A stretch of 45,754 nt of DNA from the IMG/VR virus record IMGVR_UViG_3300025762_000005; one strand, given 5' to 3'. The position numbers and the translations under genes were made by a program. Position 1 is the stretch's first letter. Each line of letters starts with the position of its first letter. Below are positions 29,337-37,107 of the stretch, piece by piece. The DNA comes from a virus. The notes beneath the pieces are model-generated. The model worked only from the letters and a program-made list of their open reading frames with translations, searched no databases and was not told the origin of the DNA.

Positions 29337-29353
29337 TTATTTTTATATTTATC
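29337..29353 (-). promoter_or_regulatory. Putative phage late promoter
   Basis: gataaatataaaaataa on the - strand directly after the hsp20 terminator. Confidence 0.45.
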
Positions 29354-29355
29354 AC

Positions 29356-29382
29356 AAAAAAAGAGCCATTAGGCTCTTTTTT
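29356..29382 (-). terminator. Intrinsic terminator of hsp20 (symmetric, possibly bidirectional)
   Basis: aaaaaaagagcc-atta-ggctctttttt hairpin flanked by A and T tracts. Confidence 0.8.
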
Positions 29383-29791
29383 ATTGAATTGCTATTCTTT
29401 TTTGTGTTTTAGATTCCTGAGATTTAAATTTAATTTCCAAAATTCCATCTTGTAATTTAGCTTCGACTGATTTAGAATCTATTCCAAATTTTCTCATTTT
29501 ATAAGAAAATTTCTTTTCACCGATCCTTTTCTTGAGCTCCTCGTTTTTGAGCTCCCCTTCTATAGTTATTCCCGTTGCATCAATATCTATTTGGATATCC
29601 TCTTTAGAAAAACCTGGGGCCTGGACAGTAATTATCATTTGCTTATTTTCTTCATCGAAAAAATAATGAGCAGGCTCTGCGGAATAATCCCAGTCAATTT
29701 TTTTCAGCCAATTATTATTAAAAAAATCATTAAAGAAAAAATCATCAAATAGGCTAATGCCCTGATTTCTTAAAGCTAATTTGTTTTCCAT
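29381..29791 (-). CDS. hsp20: Small heat-shock protein (Hsp20/alpha-crystallin)
   Basis: ITVQAPGFSKEDIQI...VEAKLQDGILEI...KRIAIQ is the alpha-crystallin domain signature. Confidence 0.85.
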   Translation of the reverse strand: MENKLALRNQGISLFDDFFFNDFFNNNWLKKIDWDYSAEPAHYFFDEENKQMIITVQAPGFSKEDIQIDIDATGITIEGELKNEELKKRIGEKKFSYKMRKFGIDSKSVEAKLQDGILEIKFKSQESKTQKRIAIQ

Positions 29792-29835
29792 AATTTTATA
29801 ATTTTAAGTTATTTTTAATTTTTCATACACATATT

Positions 29836-29851
29836 TTCAAAAAATATGCCA
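29836..29851 (-). promoter_or_regulatory. Sigma-54-like -24/-12 element upstream of hsp20
   Basis: TGGCAT-ATTTT-TTGAA on the - strand has the TGGCAC-N5-TTGCA spacing, with A in place of the -12 C. Confidence 0.4.
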
Positions 29852-29863
29852 TTGAAAAAAATA

Positions 29864-29906
29864 TGACAAAATGGCAATAAATCAAAAAAATTTTGACAAT
29901 TTGACA
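29864..29906. promoter_or_regulatory. Paired TGACA-N3-TG(G/A)CA boxes, putative regulator sites
   Basis: tgacaaaatggca (29864-29876) and tgacaatttgaca (29894-29906). Confidence 0.4.
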
Positions 29907-29909
29907 AAA

Positions 29910-29925
29910 GAATATATAAAGAAAA
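29910..29925 (+). promoter_or_regulatory. Putative phage late promoter for the lysozyme gene
   Basis: gaatatataaagaaaa, nearly identical to the motif at 1580. Confidence 0.5.
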
Positions 29926-29934
29926 TGTCAATTA

Positions 29935-30753
29935 ATGATTATTTACGAGTCTGTATATCCTTTTTTAAATGAAGAGTTTCTAGCATCCGAGATTCTAAAT
30001 GAAAAATTCGACATCAATAGTATAAAAAATGTTGCTAAGAAAGCTGCTATTCTTGCATATATGTTTCTAATGACAGCTTCTAATAAAGGATATAAGGATT
30101 TACCCAGCAAAGAAGAAGTTAAGAATTCCAAACCCCTTATCTATTTAGCAAATCAAGATCATATTTCAAAAAAAGAGGTGGATGAGGAATTCAATAAATT
30201 ATTCAAAAAATATTTTTATCCTTGGAGTGAGCCTCGATTAAATTATGATATTCTCCAAGATCCATTCCAATTAACTACAAGTCCTGAAGGAATGGAATTT
30301 ATTAAAGAACATGAAAAATTAAAGCTAGAAGCTTATGAAATTGGGGATGGAATGGTTACCATTGGATATGGGCATGCCGAACCAATCCAAACTTCCAGGT
30401 TTAAAAAAGGAGATAAAATTACCATAGAGGAAGCGAACAAACTTTTTATGGAAGATCTTAAAAAAGCAGAAGATGGGTTAAGAAGATTATTTACTATGTG
30501 GAATGACCAAGGAATAAATGTTATGATTTCCCAGCACATGTGGGATTCCATGGTTTCTATGGCTTATAATATGGGGGTTGGAGGATTAAGATCCACAGAT
30601 TTTGTTTTATCTCTTAAAGATCAAAATTATATAGAAGCTGCAGATAGCATATTATCTTCTGGAGTTAAAAAAGCGGATAAATTTCCGGGATTAATAAATA
30701 GAAGAGAAGCAGAAAAAGAGTTATTTCTTAAAAATCTTTTACCAACAACTTAA
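29935..30753 (+). CDS. GH24 (T4-type) lysozyme with N-terminal extension
   Basis: FIKEHEKLKLEAYEIGDGMVTIGYGH, WDSMVSMAYNMG, GLINRREAEKELF. Confidence 0.85.
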   Translation: MIIYESVYPFLNEEFLASEILNEKFDINSIKNVAKKAAILAYMFLMTASNKGYKDLPSKEEVKNSKPLIYLANQDHISKKEVDEEFNKLFKKYFYPWSEPRLNYDILQDPFQLTTSPEGMEFIKEHEKLKLEAYEIGDGMVTIGYGHAEPIQTSRFKKGDKITIEEANKLFMEDLKKAEDGLRRLFTMWNDQGINVMISQHMWDSMVSMAYNMGVGGLRSTDFVLSLKDQNYIEAADSILSSGVKKADKFPGLINRREAEKELFLKNLLPTT

Positions 30754-31040
30754 ATCCATTCTCCTTCAAGACTAGGATCCTGAGCATCCATGGCCATTTC
30801 TCTTGTTATCTGAACTCTATTATAATAAGGATCATTCATGGGGAAAATACAACAATCCCCCTGAACCAATTCTGTTTTGGAATCTCCTATTTCCTCAATA
30901 ATAGCTGTAACTCTTTTGAATTCTTCTCCAGTAAGAGGAACCCCATTCTCATCAGTGGGTGTTCCGCAATGACCACATCGATAAATTTTAATACCAATGT
31001 CCATGGCTTTTAGTGGATCCTGTCCTCTTTCAAAATTCAT
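30750..31040 (-). CDS. Leaderless FERG-tag protein with putative Zn-binding cargo
   Basis: MNFERGQDPLKAMDIG; CGHC and GDCC cysteine clusters. Confidence 0.75.
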   Translation of the reverse strand: MNFERGQDPLKAMDIGIKIYRCGHCGTPTDENGVPLTGEEFKRVTAIIEEIGDSKTELVQGDCCIFPMNDPYYNRVQITREMAMDAQDPSLEGEWI

Positions 31041-31314
31041 TGTTTCTTGGATAAATAAAATCTGAAAAATCTTCTGGCTTATCTTCTCCTGGGAATTTTA
31101 TTTTAAAATAAAGACCTTCCCTATCCATGGTAACCTCTATCTTTAATTCTAATCCTACCTCTTCATTGAAGGAACGCATAATTCTTTCTCTCGCCGATGG
31201 ATAAATCATTACAGTTCTATTTTCATCGACGAGTTTTAAAAGAACCTCGGATGCTTTTTTTCTGATCCCTATCCCCATTATTTTTTTCGGATTCTGTCCT
31301 CTTTCAAAATTCAT
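31030..31314 (-). CDS. Leaderless FERG-tag protein
   Basis: MNFERGQNPKKIMGIG; ATGA overlap with the upstream gene. Confidence 0.75.
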   Translation of the reverse strand: MNFERGQNPKKIMGIGIRKKASEVLLKLVDENRTVMIYPSARERIMRSFNEEVGLELKIEVTMDREGLYFKIKFPGEDKPEDFSDFIYPRNNEF

Positions 31315-31676
31315 CTTATGAAATATTTTTTGCCTTCATATAAAACATAAGAGCCAAATATTTCTGAAAAACGAATGGATTCTACCCCTTTAATAATTCC
31401 ATCCGTAATAATAAATTTTCCTTTATCCGTTTCATTTATAATTTTTCCCACTCCATAATATTCTTTTAAAAAAGGAGTTAATCCCTTGGAATTTATAAAT
31501 TCGAGAATCTTTTTAGCAGTTTTCTCTGCAAAAATTGTTTCTTCAAAATATCCTTCCCCATCACCATCCAAATTTACACAAGGTATAAAATGATAAACCC
31601 CAGAGATTTCAATAGGATTTTGACTTCTCCCTATTCCAATTCGATCAAATATTTCTCCTTCTCTTGTAAATTTCAT
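31311..31676 (-). CDS. Leaderless protein with degenerate FERG tag
   Basis: MKFTREGEIFDRIGIG; cargo resembles that of 31745..32104. Confidence 0.7.
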   Translation of the reverse strand: MKFTREGEIFDRIGIGRSQNPIEISGVYHFIPCVNLDGDGEGYFEETIFAEKTAKKILEFINSKGLTPFLKEYYGVGKIINETDKGKFIITDGIIKGVESIRFSEIFGSYVLYEGKKYFIR

Positions 31677-31748
31677 CGTATTTTAAAATCTATTTGAATT
31701 GATTCGATACCTTTCTTTACAGTAAACATTACCTCTTTCGAAATTCAT
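31673..31748 (-). pseudogene. Internally deleted FERG-tag gene remnant
   Basis: ATG 31748 gives MNFERGNVYCKERYRINSNRF* (stop 31683-31685); a shifted frame gives MFTVKKGIESIQIDFKIR*, whose TGA overlaps the next ATG. Confidence 0.6.
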
Positions 31749-32104
31749 TTTGGTATTTTAAATGTAAATTCCTGTGGCTTAATATCATCACTCCAAATCT
31801 GAGCCATTATTCTAGGATAATAAATGTATTTTAAATATTTCCCTTTATATTGAGAAAGATCTTCAACCATTTCTTGTCCTTTGATAACAACTTTAAAAAG
31901 ATCCGAGCTAAGTTCCCCATCCTCTATCATTTGTAGCATATCTATAACTTCTTTTGGGTCTTCGATAAATTGTGTTCGCTGATGTGTTCGCCAAATATAA
32001 TCGTCGAACCCACTTATCTTAATAAGTGATTCAATGTACAAGGCTTTTGATATTTCCCCTATATTTAGGGATTTCTTAGGATCCAATCTTCTTTCAAAGT
32101 CCAT
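31745..32104 (-). CDS. Leaderless FERG-tag protein; start reassigned from 32182
   Basis: MDFERRLDPKKSLNIG at 32104. Confidence 0.75.
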   Translation of the reverse strand: MDFERRLDPKKSLNIGEISKALYIESLIKISGFDDYIWRTHQRTQFIEDPKEVIDMLQMIEDGELSSDLFKVVIKGQEMVEDLSQYKGKYLKYIYYPRIMAQIWSDDIKPQEFTFKIPK

Positions 32105-32594
32105 GATACTTATTATAATAATCCAAAAGTAATTGTTTAACTTCTGGATTTGGTCGATTTTCATGCATATATCTCGAAGCAAGATTCACATAAGCCCCGA
32201 AATTTGTAGCTCGCATAGAACTTTTTGTATCCCCTCGTTCTACATATTGCCATTTTATTTCCGAAGTCCCTTGATCTAAATTAAAAGCTTCTTTCGGGAA
32301 TAAATTAGGAATAGTTAAAAGAGCTTTTACAGCTGCTACATTACCCTCTGATACAGAATCCCATAAAAAATCTGGATCCGAGAAATCAATTTTTTCTCCA
32401 TTAACCCATTTTTTCCCATTTAAACTAACAAGATAGGGGAAAACAATATCCTTTTTTCTTCTCAAAGCCCATGTCCAGACTTCAAAAATATCATCATAGG
32501 AAAAATCCCTGGAATGACTCATCCAATTTTTAATCTTAGGACCTAATCCTATGTCTAATGCTTGTTTTGGGTCTGCTCCCCTGACAAAATTCAT
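32094..32594 (-). CDS. Leaderless FERG-tag protein with an ankyrin-like repeat
   Basis: MNFVRGADPKQALDIG; FLWDSVSEGNVAAVKALL. Confidence 0.75.
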   Translation of the reverse strand: MNFVRGADPKQALDIGLGPKIKNWMSHSRDFSYDDIFEVWTWALRRKKDIVFPYLVSLNGKKWVNGEKIDFSDPDFLWDSVSEGNVAAVKALLTIPNLFPKEAFNLDQGTSEIKWQYVERGDTKSSMRATNFGAYVNLASRYMHENRPNPEVKQLLLDYYNKYHGL

Positions 32595-32890
32595 AATACT
32601 CCGTCTTTTTTAAGCATTTCCACGACATCTGGGATAGAAGCACCGCCATAATTAAACATGCCTAGATCGTAAGATATGGAATATTCCTGTCCCCTTTCAA
32701 TTAACTTTATATAACTACCATCAACTGAACTTGACCAGGTAAAAATTATTTCAGGATTATTCGGATAAGAATTAGAATTTGTTAGATTGAGTTTAACTCT
32801 TTTTGCTAACAAACCCGCCATTTGAAGAGCATATTCTTTTCGCCCTATGCTCATAGCTTCTTTGGGGTCTTTTCCTCTTTTAAATTCCAT
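32591..32890 (-). CDS. Leaderless FERG-tag protein; start reassigned from 32905
   Basis: MEFKRGKDPKEAMSIG begins 1 nt after the upstream TAA. Confidence 0.75.
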   Translation of the reverse strand: MEFKRGKDPKEAMSIGRKEYALQMAGLLAKRVKLNLTNSNSYPNNPEIIFTWSSSVDGSYIKLIERGQEYSISYDLGMFNYGGASIPDVVEMLKKDGVL

Positions 32891-32891
32891 T

Positions 32892-33206
32892 TTAGATTTT
32901 ATCATTAATTTCCCAATCTCCGTTCTCGTTCATAGATGAAATAAATTCTTCCTCCCCTATACGGCACTTAATAAATTTATGAGGCTTAAAATCAAAAGGA
33001 TCATAAATTAATCTAGGATGACCAATACAAATAGCAACTATTGGTTCCCCCTTTCTCTGCTTTTCCTGAAGAGGATAAAATTCTGGACAAGATTTTCTCA
33101 ATAGAAATTTAACTATGAAAGATCTTCCTTCTTCAGGTATACGACCTTTGTGATTTAGGCCAATATCTAAAGATTGTTTGGGATCAATTCCTCTTTCGAA
33201 GTTCAT
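32892..33206 (-). CDS. Leaderless FERG-tag protein, first gene of the array
   Basis: MNFERGIDPKQSLDIG. Confidence 0.75.
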   Translation of the reverse strand: MNFERGIDPKQSLDIGLNHKGRIPEEGRSFIVKFLLRKSCPEFYPLQEKQRKGEPIVAICIGHPRLIYDPFDFKPHKFIKCRIGEEEFISSMNENGDWEINDKI

Positions 33207-33219
33207 TTTAATCTTTTTT

Positions 33220-33228
33220 GCAAATATA
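33220..33228 (-). promoter_or_regulatory. Bacteroidota-type housekeeping promoter -7 element
   Basis: TATATTTGC on the - strand fits TAnnTTTG, 13 nt before ATG 33206; no exact -33 TTTG seen. Confidence 0.55.
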
Positions 33229-33256
33229 CAAAAAAGAATCTAAAGTAAAAAATATT

Positions 33257-33850
33257 TTAACGATTTTTTTGATTGGCGGACTCGCTTGTTAAAGAAGCCA
33301 TTTGCCATTTCCTTTGGTCAAGATATTTTGGATTTCTTGAGCCATATCCATAAGGAACATTTTTAGTTTTTAATAGAGGGGATTTTATATGTTCTTTTCC
33401 CATTTCAGATTCAGGTCTTTCTTCGCTTCCTTTATATTTGATAACAGGAATTAGTCTGGATTGATAATTATCCTCCTGTCTCCATGAATTTTTATCAAGA
33501 ACCTCTACTTTCCAAGTTAATAGATCTTCTCCTAATTTGTCAGAAAGAAGATCTATAGTTTCGAAAAAAGTTTCTTTATCTGGATATTTCCAAAAACTTA
33601 TTAATTTTTTATCGGTCCATAATCTTCCTGATAATGTATTTCTGGTTCCTTCAGGATGAGTTTCCCCAGCTGGACCAATATGAAAAACCCCATCATCATA
33701 CCAAAAAGCATGGGCATCTTCATCGCTAAAATGAGGGGATTTAAAAATATCATTTTCCAAAGGCTCCCCATACTTATTATAAGTAAGATGAGGCATGGAA
33801 ATTTCATCAGGACTTTCAAATATTTTTAACGATTCTTTAACTATTTTCAT
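33257..33850 (-). CDS. Hypothetical protein with Glu-ending leader but no FERG tag
   Basis: MKIVKESLKIFESPD...SGRLW...ISFWKYP. Confidence 0.7.
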   Translation of the reverse strand: MKIVKESLKIFESPDEISMPHLTYNKYGEPLENDIFKSPHFSDEDAHAFWYDDGVFHIGPAGETHPEGTRNTLSGRLWTDKKLISFWKYPDKETFFETIDLLSDKLGEDLLTWKVEVLDKNSWRQEDNYQSRLIPVIKYKGSEERPESEMGKEHIKSPLLKTKNVPYGYGSRNPKYLDQRKWQMASLTSESANQKNR

Positions 33851-35103
33851 ATCTCGTCTAATCTATTTGAAAGGGAATCGTTGAAAACTTCAGCAGTTAT
33901 ATCCCCATTATAACTATATTGTGGCGGGTAATATTTGATTTTATAATCGCTATCATTTAATGATAAGCACCCGAATAATTTTTCTACTCCTTCTAAAGAA
34001 ATTGGCGCATAAAAATGGGAATAATTATTTGGTTTTTCCACCCATTTTATTTCTTCATCATTAATATCAAAATGCTTTTTAATAGCATTTTTCAAATCTT
34101 TAAAAGCTTCATCCTGATCTGCCATTTCTTGGGAATCTGTCCAAGCAAATCTAATAGCATCATGAAGATCTTCATACTCATCATTTGATTCTATTTCATC
34201 AAATAGTTCTTCAAGATTATTTGCTGTTTCTGGATCCCCGCCTCTTTCGATAAATTTTTCTTTAAGATCGTCTAAAGCAGGTATTTTTCCTTTTGCCAAA
34301 AGCCTTTTAAGAAACCAAGTCATTTCAGTAATATCGCCGAAATTAACGCTATCATATTCAAAGTACTCTTCAACATTTTCCCCCGATAAAACAGCTTCAA
34401 CGAAATCTTTACTTAAATAATCCTGAGAATAAATATCGTTATCAAATAAATCTGAGAAACTTTGCCATCCATCAAATGAAAGAAAGTATTTCCCATTTTT
34501 AAATTCATATTGAATTTCATCACTAGGAAGCTTAACATAAGGAATCCATTGAATACCCCATTTCTTTAATTCATAAAAGTCATTTTCATCAAGACTATTA
34601 TTATATTCTGGATTTTTAATCAGAAACTCAATCCATTGTTTCCTTGTTTCGTGATCAAGTTCGGCATCTTCTTCTGTAAGTAAATAGGAGATCCACATGG
34701 CAGGACTATCACTAGTTCTTTCTCTTAAAAAATTAGATATTTTTTGTTCCAAACCAACATTCATTGCTTTCTTTGGGTCTAATCCTCTTTCGAAATTCTG
34801 AGCCTCCGACATGCTTCTGAAAGTATCCTCTCCAAAACCAAGAAAAAGCTTATCTAAAAGTTCTTTTGATCCTAAATATTCCTTATGGTCAACTAAAAAT
34901 AAAAGCCATGATTCTTTTGTCTTATCATCAAGATTTTTATCCTCTTGTATTTCCCACATCCAACCAGTCGGAGAGGACCAAGATGAATCGCCTTCAGACA
35001 TTTTTTTTCGAGCATAATTTATAATTCTTGGGAAAATTCCAATATCGATGGCTTGTTTAGGATCTAAACCACGTTCAAAATTTATGGATTCTTTTACTAT
35101 CAT
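33847..35103 (-). CDS. Two-module FERG-tag protein
   Basis: MIVKESINFERGLDPKQAIDIG and internal MSEAQNFERGLDPKKAMNVG. Confidence 0.8.
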   Translation of the reverse strand: MIVKESINFERGLDPKQAIDIGIFPRIINYARKKMSEGDSSWSSPTGWMWEIQEDKNLDDKTKESWLLFLVDHKEYLGSKELLDKLFLGFGEDTFRSMSEAQNFERGLDPKKAMNVGLEQKISNFLRERTSDSPAMWISYLLTEEDAELDHETRKQWIEFLIKNPEYNNSLDENDFYELKKWGIQWIPYVKLPSDEIQYEFKNGKYFLSFDGWQSFSDLFDNDIYSQDYLSKDFVEAVLSGENVEEYFEYDSVNFGDITEMTWFLKRLLAKGKIPALDDLKEKFIERGGDPETANNLEELFDEIESNDEYEDLHDAIRFAWTDSQEMADQDEAFKDLKNAIKKHFDINDEEIKWVEKPNNYSHFYAPISLEGVEKLFGCLSLNDSDYKIKYYPPQYSYNGDITAEVFNDSLSNRLDEI

Positions 35104-35552
35104 ACAACAATACGTCCGCCAACGGTACAGATCTTTTTAATTTCATCGACAGTAAATTTTTCCTTATTTCCTCGAATATAAAAATCCCCATCGACCTGTT
35201 TTGGACATCCTTCAAGATCCTCTATTTTATTATTATCTACGAAGAAATCTCCTTTAACAACTTTAGGAAGACCTTTCATAGACATTAAATTTTGATCTCT
35301 TATAATAACACTGCCATGACAAATACCGAAATCAACATATTCTGGTATTTCTTTAAGATCCCAATATCTTTGAGAAGGAATAACTAATTCCCTTACATCA
35401 ATTGTCCAATCTGAATTGATTTTATATTTGGTATATTTGGTATATTTGTTTATCCATTCTTCGACTTTTCGTTTCCTTCCTAAATCTAAAGTTCGAGAAG
35501 GGTCTTCACTCCTCTCGAACTCATTAAGCCTTGGATAAAAAATATCCTTCAT
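35100..35552 (-). CDS. FERG-tag protein with short LRR-like cargo; start reassigned from 35579
   Basis: MKDIFYPRLNEFERSEDPSRTLDLG; LMSMKGLPKVVKGDFFVDNNKIEDLEGCPKQV. Confidence 0.75.
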   Translation of the reverse strand: MKDIFYPRLNEFERSEDPSRTLDLGRKRKVEEWINKYTKYTKYKINSDWTIDVRELVIPSQRYWDLKEIPEYVDFGICHGSVIIRDQNLMSMKGLPKVVKGDFFVDNNKIEDLEGCPKQVDGDFYIRGNKEKFTVDEIKKICTVGGRIVV

Positions 35553-35553
35553 T

Positions 35554-37089
35554 TTAGAATATATCTTTATATTTTTCAATAAATCTATCTACGCCCTTCT
35601 GATATTTGTCTCTTCCCTCAACTTCTCCAAGTTCATCGTGGATATAAGGATGAAGGTCAATCATCATCTTAATAGCTCTGGTTGCAAGAGAACCATTGTC
35701 AAGACGGATAAGATAGGTTACAAAATTATCAAATTCTTCAGGAGTAATATCTCTTCCCCTGGTTGATGTACAAACGAGAGATAGAAGAGCGTTAGCTTCT
35801 GACTGATCATATCCGGATCCAGCTTTCTTAGGCATACGAGCTTTTTCAGGATGGGCAAGAACCTCTTTAATATCTTCTTTTTTGAAGGATTCAAGAAGTC
35901 TTAGGAATGTTTGGAACTCTGTTGCAATATCCATACCAACGTCTGAACCAACTACGTTTGTTATATCCTGAATAGAAGGCTTATAACCTTCATCAGCAGC
36001 ATCCTGCATTAGAAGAGCAATATTCTTAGAAGCTGCTTCCCATGAACGAGGGCTAGCAAAGATGCTCTTTTCTGGATCATCGTCAAGAGTATAGAAATAT
36101 TCTTGGTTAAATTCTAGGAAGTCAAGTATTCTTTGGTCAACTTTATTCTGTGCCCATTCTTTCCAACCAGCAAAATCAGGAATATAGTTAACCTGCGAGA
36201 ATCTGTTTCCGAGAGCTGTTGAGAAGTTCTGAACACCTTCAGGGTCATCTCCTGCTCTGTTGGATGCTGAAACAATCGTCCATTTAGAACCTAGAACTGC
36301 GTCCCCAATAATTCTTTCATCAATAAGTTTTAAGCAAGTATTCTGAACAGAACCGGATGCACGTGAAAGTTCATCCAAGAATAAAATACCTCCTTCACCC
36401 ATATTAGCTATGCCATCTCTTCTTTTATCTTCTTCTGCATCGCCGCTCTTAATATAAACAGGAAGCCAAGATTTAGGAATATCCCTAGCTTTTAATTCAT
36501 CATCAACTTTATAAGTTGCTGGAAGTGACCAGTCATCTGGGGCCATTTTAGAAGTTTGGACATCGATCAATCTTCCTTTTGTATTCTGTGCAAGAACTGC
36601 TTTAACAATTGCGGTTTTTCCAATACCAGGAGCTCCCCAAATCATAAGAGGTTTCCCCTGTGGGTTCTTTAAAACCATACGAATTCTTCTATATAATTCT
36701 TTCTTTCCTACATTAGGAACGTTTTTATCAGGGTGTTCAAGTTTTATTCTAGCTTCATTAATAGTTCCCTCTTTAAGATCCGGTCCTCTTTTCTGAATAA
36801 CTTTTTCAGCGGTAAGGGATTTTAGTTCAGGGCTTAATTCAACATCACCCTGGGAAGCTACATAAGAAATAGATTTTGGTAAAGCACCATCCTTATCTAA
36901 TATCCCAATATTAACAGGAGCCATAGCTTCTGTAACAGGTTGCCCCTGGAAAATGAAGAAAAAAAGCTTTCCAACTTTCTGGAAGAATTTTTTAATAGCT
37001 TGTCCTATTTTGCTGAAGATCGCTTCATTTAGTTCTCCTCTAGCAATCTGAAAATCCTGGAGAGATTCAAATACTAATTGTTTTTTCAT
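35554..37089 (-). CDS. MoxR-type AAA+ ATPase
   Basis: Walker A GAPGIGKT, Walker B ILFLDEL, SASNR, ALGNRF, SPRSWE. Confidence 0.9.
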   Translation of the reverse strand: MKKQLVFESLQDFQIARGELNEAIFSKIGQAIKKFFQKVGKLFFFIFQGQPVTEAMAPVNIGILDKDGALPKSISYVASQGDVELSPELKSLTAEKVIQKRGPDLKEGTINEARIKLEHPDKNVPNVGKKELYRRIRMVLKNPQGKPLMIWGAPGIGKTAIVKAVLAQNTKGRLIDVQTSKMAPDDWSLPATYKVDDELKARDIPKSWLPVYIKSGDAEEDKRRDGIANMGEGGILFLDELSRASGSVQNTCLKLIDERIIGDAVLGSKWTIVSASNRAGDDPEGVQNFSTALGNRFSQVNYIPDFAGWKEWAQNKVDQRILDFLEFNQEYFYTLDDDPEKSIFASPRSWEAASKNIALLMQDAADEGYKPSIQDITNVVGSDVGMDIATEFQTFLRLLESFKKEDIKEVLAHPEKARMPKKAGSGYDQSEANALLSLVCTSTRGRDITPEEFDNFVTYLIRLDNGSLATRAIKMMIDLHPYIHDELGEVEGRDKYQKGVDRFIEKYKDIF

Positions 37090-37107
37090 TGCAGTTCTAG
37101 TTTTATT

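Noticed and set aside
29893-29920. Canonical sigma-70 promoter TTGACA-N16-TATAAA for the lysozyme gene
   Set aside because: Both elements are explained by the TGACA boxes and the late-type motif, and it conflicts with the inferred host promoter type; it cannot be excluded without TSS data.
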